43,752 nt of DNA, taken from contig JAUGWO010000131.1 of NCBI GenBank assembly GCA_049724395.1, forward strand, positions 62,001-105,752, read 5' to 3'. A program made the translations under genes and the position numbers. The DNA comes from Spongospora subterranea f. sp. subterranea (Eukaryota). Below, piece by piece: positions 38,410 through 43,752 of the stretch (position 1 is the stretch's first letter; each line of letters begins with the position of its first letter). The notes under the pieces are model-generated. The model ran no database searches, was not told the DNA's origin, and saw nothing but the letters and a program-made list of their open reading frames with translations.

Positions 38410-39406
38410 CTATTGAATCTGGAGCTTGTTTGGTGTTCAAAATCTTGTGTCGGTGTTGTGTCGGTGTGTTTCCAATTTCTGCTCGCTCAATGGTTTTGTC
38501 AAAGGTCCGCAATCATCGTTTCAGTTGGGCAGTATACGACTTTGATCCGGCCTTCCTTGATCTTTTCCCGAAAATGGTACCTTGATATCCACATGTTTGG
38601 TTCTTGACTTATTGCAGTCGTTTGTTTGACGAAAGATCGCTCCCTGGATATCCTGGTGGAGGATGGACGTCTTGTTTGTGATGATACGTAGTTCCGCTAA
38701 TAGGTCTTGCAACCAGATCGCTTCCTTTGTGGCGTCACATGCGGCCATCCGCTTTCTGCTTTGTACTTTTCCATGAAATAGTATCATTGCCTATTTTGTA
38801 AATCCATCCAGTCGTCGACTTGCGGTCGTGTTTGTCACCGGCAAAATCGCTGTCGGCTTATCCTTGGATAGTAGATGAAACTTTTGTAAAGTGAAGTCCG
38901 AGTTCTTGTGTACTTGATAATTTTCTGGATTGCTCTCCACAGATTTGGTGATGGTGATGTAACATAGCGGCTGAGGCAGTTGACAGCGTGTGCTATATCT
39001 GGGCGGGTTGCATTTGCCAGATACATCAGACATCCGATCGCCTCTCTTATCGGGTACTTGTTCTGGGTCGAGTGCTCATTGCTATCGGGTTCCGGATTGA
39101 GTCCGGGGTCGTAAGTCGCCGCCATTGGTGTGTAGGTCGGTCTTTATTTTTTGCTGGCTTTGCACTGGTCTTGTCCAAACTTGTTCTTCAAGGTCGTGTT
39201 TCATTTTGAATGTTTTGCCTAGGGTTGATGATAATTGTTGAATTGCAGAATGATCGGCGCCGGTTATTATCAGGTCGTCAACGTAGGTTCCGATTAGAAT
39301 CAATTTCGCATCTTGATTTTTGTACCATATACAGGGTTATTTCTTCGATTGCATGAAGCCTTGGGCCTGGATGAGAGTAAACAATGACTGTTGCCGTTCT
39401 CTTCCT
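38410..39406 (-). pseudogene. Copia reverse transcriptase (C-terminal part) plus RNase H, frameshifted
   Basis: GTYVDDLIITG; YPIREAIGCLMYLANATRPDIAHAV; ADSDFAGD; ATKEAIWL; RTKHVDIK; MIADLLTK; 11-bp tandem duplication at 38446-38467. Confidence 0.92.
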
Positions 39407-39508
39407 GTTTACTTAACAAAGCCTTATACGGCCTTTGCAAGAGGAAGAAAATGGCAACAGTCATTGTTTACTCTCATCTAGGCCCAAGGCTTCATGCATT
39501 CGAAGAAA
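39340..39508. repeat. 67-bp inverted repeat (fold-back) with 35-nt spacer, made of RT sequence
   Basis: Arms 39340-39406 and 39442-39508 with 4 mismatches; spacer reads LLNKALYGL on the + strand. Confidence 0.92.
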
Positions 39509-39510
39509 GA

Positions 39511-40463
39511 CTATGCGAATTGTTAGTCCTTGCTCGGTGAAAGATTTTGTGGCTAAGAGGGTCATAGTCAATCTTGGCACAAAGAGAACGTTTTTGATGG
39601 TGATGGGAGGGCTACTATCGATGATCAGGTTCCCGTTTCCATGTGCTAGTATTGTCTCCCCGTTGCTGCATGTAATTTTGATCTTATGTTTCGTTGCGTG
39701 GTAGATTTGTAGGATTGATTTGTCGTTCGTCATGCTGATATTTGCGCCACTGTCAATCAGGTAAGATTTTTGTGTCGTACCAGTACTCGAAATATGGAAT
39801 CCTGTGAAAATGTCAGTATCGCTTTCATAATTTGTCGAAACTGAGCTGTTCGCCGTGTTGTTCGAGATCGGCTTTTTGGTGTTTTCTCTTCGGAGTATCC
39901 AGCAATGTGATGTATCGTGTGTGCTTGTGTTGCACCTTGTGCAGTGCCTTCTGTTTCCGCTGCTATTTCGCAGCTTTGTTTGTAGACCCTTCATCTCCGT
40001 GTTTAGGTTGTTGAATTCGTCTTGTTGTGTAGGCACTCTTGACTCGATCTGCTCGTCGCGTTCTGCAGTTAGTAGCAGGTTTGTCAACCTTGGCATCGTC
40101 ATCGCCTGAGATGCTCTAGCTGCCGCCTTGATTTGTCGGTAATTTTCTGGTAAGCCGTCTAAGGCCTTTGCACATAATGCGGTTTCCCCGATGCTGATGT
40201 TATATGGATGTTCGAGGTAGGAATCCAAACTCATCATGGTAAATTGCATTTCCAATTTCCGCTTGTAACTCGTCCCAGTTCGTGCCGTTGAATTGGGGTA
40301 TAAGTTTCAACCCAGAGTTGTACTTATGTAAGTCGACTTCTTCGGTCAGCCAATGTGCAGATTGAGTCTGTCTTTGAATCTGGCTGGTTGTTTGGCTGTG
40401 TGTATTTCCATCTTGTGGTTGGTCGACGTTGTTGTCGTTTCTTCCGTTGCGGGTTTCTACCAT
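39511..40463 (-). pseudogene. Copia gag-protease, copy A (270-bp in-frame gag deletion)
   Basis: MVETRNG start at 40463; zinc knuckle CTRCNTSTHDTSHC; protease YLIDSGAN; LEHP|YNISIG junction lacks 90 codons present in copy C. Confidence 0.9.
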
Positions 40464-40536
40464 TCTGGAGCAGGTGGGACGCTCAATCTATCAGACGATA
40501 GTGGTAGTGGTAGTGGTCGATGGTGACGATAATGAG

Positions 40537-42138
40537 AAACTACCGCCAGATCCAACGACAGACTCACTCTGCACATTGGCTGACCGAAGAAGATGACCTA
40601 CATAAGTACAACTCTGGGTAGTACTTATACCTTTCTTTACCGGCACGTACTGGGACGAGTTCAAGCGGAAATTGGATTTGCAATTTACCATAATGAATTT
40701 GGATTCCTACCTCGAACACCCACCGAATCCATCCGACCGGATTGAAATCCGAAACGACAAGGTTTCAGCACAGATATGCCTACGCCTGACACAATCGCAG
40801 TACAAACAAGTTCTATCAACTTGCAGTACGACAAGTGAGATCTGGAAAAACTACGGAATGTATACGAACAGTCAGCTGAATCGAAAGCATCCAACTTGTT
40901 CATCCAATTCATCCACCTGAAGAAATCGACTTCAGAGGCAATGAAAACATATCTGGACAAAATTACCGAGCTGTATTACGACCTAAAAGTATATGACATC
41001 AGCATCGGGGAAACCGCACTATATGCAAAAGCCTTAGACGGCTTCCCAGAAAATTACCGACAAATCAAGGCGGCAGCTAGAGCATCTCAGGGTATGACGA
41101 TGCCAAGGTTAACAAACCTGCTGCTATCTGCAGAACGCGACGAGCTGATCGAGTCAAGAGCGCCTACACAACAAGACGAGTTGGCAACCTAAACACGGAG
41201 ATGAAGGGTCTACATACAAAGCTGCGAAATAACGGCGGAAATAGGAGGCACTGCACAAGGTGCAACACAAGCACACACGATACATCACATTGCTGGATAC
41301 TCCGAAGAGAAAACACCAAAAAGCCGATCTCCAACAACACGGCGAAACAGCTCAGTCTCGACAAATTATGAAAGCGATACTGACACTTTCACAGGATTCC
41401 ATACTTCGAGTATTGGAACGACACAAAAATCTTACCTGATTGACAGTGGCGCAAATGTCAGCATGACGAATGACAAGTCAATCCTGCAAAACTACTTCGC
41501 AACGAAACATAAGATCAAAATTAAATGCAGCAACGGAGAGACAATACTAGCACATGGAAACGGGAACCTGATCATCGATAGCAGCCCTCCCATCACCATC
41601 AATAACGTTCTCTTTGTGCCAAAATTGACTAAGACCCTCTTAGCCACAAAATCTTTTACTGAGCAAGGACTAACAATTCGTATAGGCAACGAACTCCAAA
41701 TCCTAGACGAAGTCGGAAGAACCATCATCACGGCACAGCAACAGAACGGGCTTCACTTTATCCAGATACAGCTCAGCAACGAAACAAACATGAGTATCAG
41801 CATGGAGTTGGCTCATCGAAGATTCGGACACGCCTCAAATAAACGACTACAGCACTTATCTTCAGCCACATCAACAACGGACGGCATTAAAATCAACAGC
41901 AACGAACGAACATTCTGCGACAGTTGCGCAAAGAAGGATTTCGGTACTACATCTCTTTTAACTGTCTATACTCAACATGGACTCAGATAAAGTTACTGAA
42001 AACCATAAGAAGTATTAGATGCGATCAACTGGTTCATCACAAACGCACAAGCTGAAACAAAACAACGAGTAACAACACTATTAACTGATAATGGTGCTGA
42101 GTACGTTAACCGCCAAATAAGCATGTACCTTCTCCTCG
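40537..42138 (+). pseudogene. Copia gag-protease-integrase (partial), copy B, inverted
   Basis: Gag starting ~24 codons in; YLIDSGAN; pre-integrase AHRRFGH and CDSC; integrase GFRYYISF..TDNGAEY. The segment with the first catalytic Asp appears deleted; frameshifts. Confidence 0.9.
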
Positions 42139-43082
42139 AAGTATGGAATCCTGTGAAAGTGTCAGTATCGCTTTCATAATTTGTCGAGAGTGAGCTGTTC
42201 GCCGTGTTGTTGGAGATCGGCTTTTTGGTGTTTTCTCTTCGGAGTATCCAGCAATGTGATGTATCGTGTGTGCTTGTGTTGCACCTTGTGCAGTGCCTCC
42301 TATTTCCGCCGTTATTTCGCAGCTTTGTTTGTAGACCCTTCATCTCCGTGTTTAGGTTGTTGAATTCGTCTTGTTGTGTAGGCGATCTTGACTCGATCTG
42401 CTCGTCGCGTTCTGCAGATAGCAGCAGGTTTGTTAACCTTGGCATCGTCATCCCCTGAGATGCTCTAGCTGCCGCCTTGATTTGTCGGTAATTTTCTGGT
42501 AAGCCATCTAAGGCCGTTGCATATAGTGCGGTTTCCCCGATGCTGATGTCATATACTTTTAGGTCGTAATACAGCTCGGTAATTTTGTCCAGATATGTTT
42601 TCATTGCCTCTGAAGTCGATTTCTTCAGGTGGATGGATTGAATGAACAAGTTGGATGCTTTCGATTCGGCTGACTGTTCGTATACATTCCGTAGCTTTTT
42701 CCAGATCTCGTTTGTCGTACCGCAAGTTGATACTTGTTTGTACTGCGATTGTGTCAGGCGTAGGCATATCTGTGCTGATGCCAACTTGTCGTTTCGGATT
42801 TCAATCCGGTCGGATGGATTCGGTGGGTGTTCGAGGTAGGAGTCCAAACTCATTTATGGTAAAATGCATTTCCAATTTCCGCTTGAACTCGTCCCAGTTC
42901 GTGCCGTTGAATTGGGGTATAAGTTTCAACCCAGAGTTGTACTTATGTAAGTCGACTTCTTCGGTCAGCCAATGTGCAGATTGAGTCTGTCTTTGAATCT
43001 GGCTGGTTGTTTGGCTGTGTGTATTTCCATCTTGTGGTTGGTCGACGTTGTTGTCGTTTCTTCCGTTGCGGGTTTCTACCAT
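42133..43082 (-). pseudogene. Copia gag, copy C (full-length gag, one frameshift near 42850, truncated before protease)
   Basis: ORFs 42801..43082 and 41993..42853; near-identical to copies A and B. Confidence 0.9.
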
Positions 43083-43114
43083 TCTGGAGCAGGGTGGGAC
43101 GCTTGATCTATCAG

Positions 43115-43284
43115 ACGATAGTGGTAGTGGTAGTGGTAGTGGTCGATGGTGACGATAATGAGTACTATAGAATAGTGAAGTTTATTGTCACTGATTATGT
43201 GTTTGATACACATAGTTGAGTCATGCTTATCAATGACTCAACATGAATCATGAGAAAGATGAAAATATCGCGTTACGGTTAATA
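43115..43284 (-). repeat. 5' LTR, with (TAGTGG)4; a truncated copy lies at ~40495-40536
   Basis: Direct repeat of 38237-38399; lies immediately upstream of gag ATG 43082. Confidence 0.8.
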
Positions 43285-43446
43285 CCAACAACGGTAGTCC
43301 GAATGGTGTAGGGGTTATCAACAATGGTGTCAAACACACACTGTTGCTAGTTCGAGATGGCTTTGGACAATAATTTTTGTCTGAATTGAATTTAGTGGCT
43401 AAGCCTTCTGACCATGAACAAGAAATAAAGAACGAAGGACAGGAAG

Positions 43447-43590
43447 AGATGGTGAGGATGTGGGAAATGGGGATAATGAACTGATAATGATGACAATTGG
43501 AAAATATCTACTGTACCGATCGATCCAAACAGATGGTGAGGATGTGGGAAAGGGGATTGGACAATATCTACTGTACTGCTCGATCCAAAC
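43447..43590 (+). repeat. Imperfect tandem duplication (84-bp and 60-bp units)
   Basis: AGATGGTGAGGATGTGGGAAA.GGGGAT...TTGGA.AATATCTACTGTAC...TCGATCCAAAC at 43447 and 43531. Confidence 0.85.
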
Positions 43591-43752
43591 TGATGAAAAA
43601 ACTGACATACCACTGAGCACTTATGCAAGAATCACGGCGGATGACATCGAGGGTTTTGCCAGAGATGGAGTTGAAAATCATAATCAAAAAAGTATATAGG
43701 CATACTCCATCAATTTATAGGTTGAGAAAATACGGGTGCCTTTTTTTGACAA

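Larger units (their letters stand above)
38237..43284 (-). mobile_element. Rearranged, defective Ty1/copia LTR retrotransposon (inverted triplication of the gag region)
   Basis: Direct-repeat LTRs at both ends; gag, protease, integrase, RT and RNase H motifs all present but fragmented; three gag copies in -/+/- orientation. Confidence 0.92.

Noticed and set aside
39832..42458. Cys-rich repeated ORFs (39832, 39855, 41164, 42181, 42204)
   Set aside because: Antisense translations of the repeated gag copies.
38231..43290. Target-site duplication around the copia element
   Set aside because: Flanks CAAAT/CCAAA vs CCAAC do not match cleanly, and the 5' LTR terminus is mutated.
757..43590. CRISPR-like array or prokaryotic defence system
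   Set aside because: Repeats are tandem without unique spacers, no cas-like ORFs, and the DNA is intron-rich eukaryotic.

Overview
Eukaryotic nuclear DNA from a compact, gene-dense genome with many short (~35-200 nt) GT-AG introns. It is protist- or fungus-like; a plasmodiophorid is plausible but cannot be confirmed from sequence alone. The ORF track fragments most genes, so I re-spliced them by eye and exon boundaries are approximate. Bases 1-36.6 kb hold about 12 housekeeping or hypothetical genes: a TM+PH protein, NPL4, a PHD-finger protein, a DAP1-like protein, a degenerate UvrD-like helicase, a MYCBP/DD-like protein, a type II membrane protein, an unknown helical protein, a 4xCBS-C2 fusion, an LSD1-type zinc-finger CaaX protein, CLPTM1 and ZFC3H1/Red1. 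Bases 37-43.3 kb are Ty1/copia remnants. They include an LTR-bounded element rearranged as an inverted triplication (-/+/-) with an extra 67-bp fold-back. The best candidates for novelty are the CBS-C2 fusion, the DAP1-like ribosome-dormancy factor, the probable pseudo-helicase and the fold-back copia locus (possible hairpin-RNA source). I saw no tRNA, rRNA or CRISPR array.
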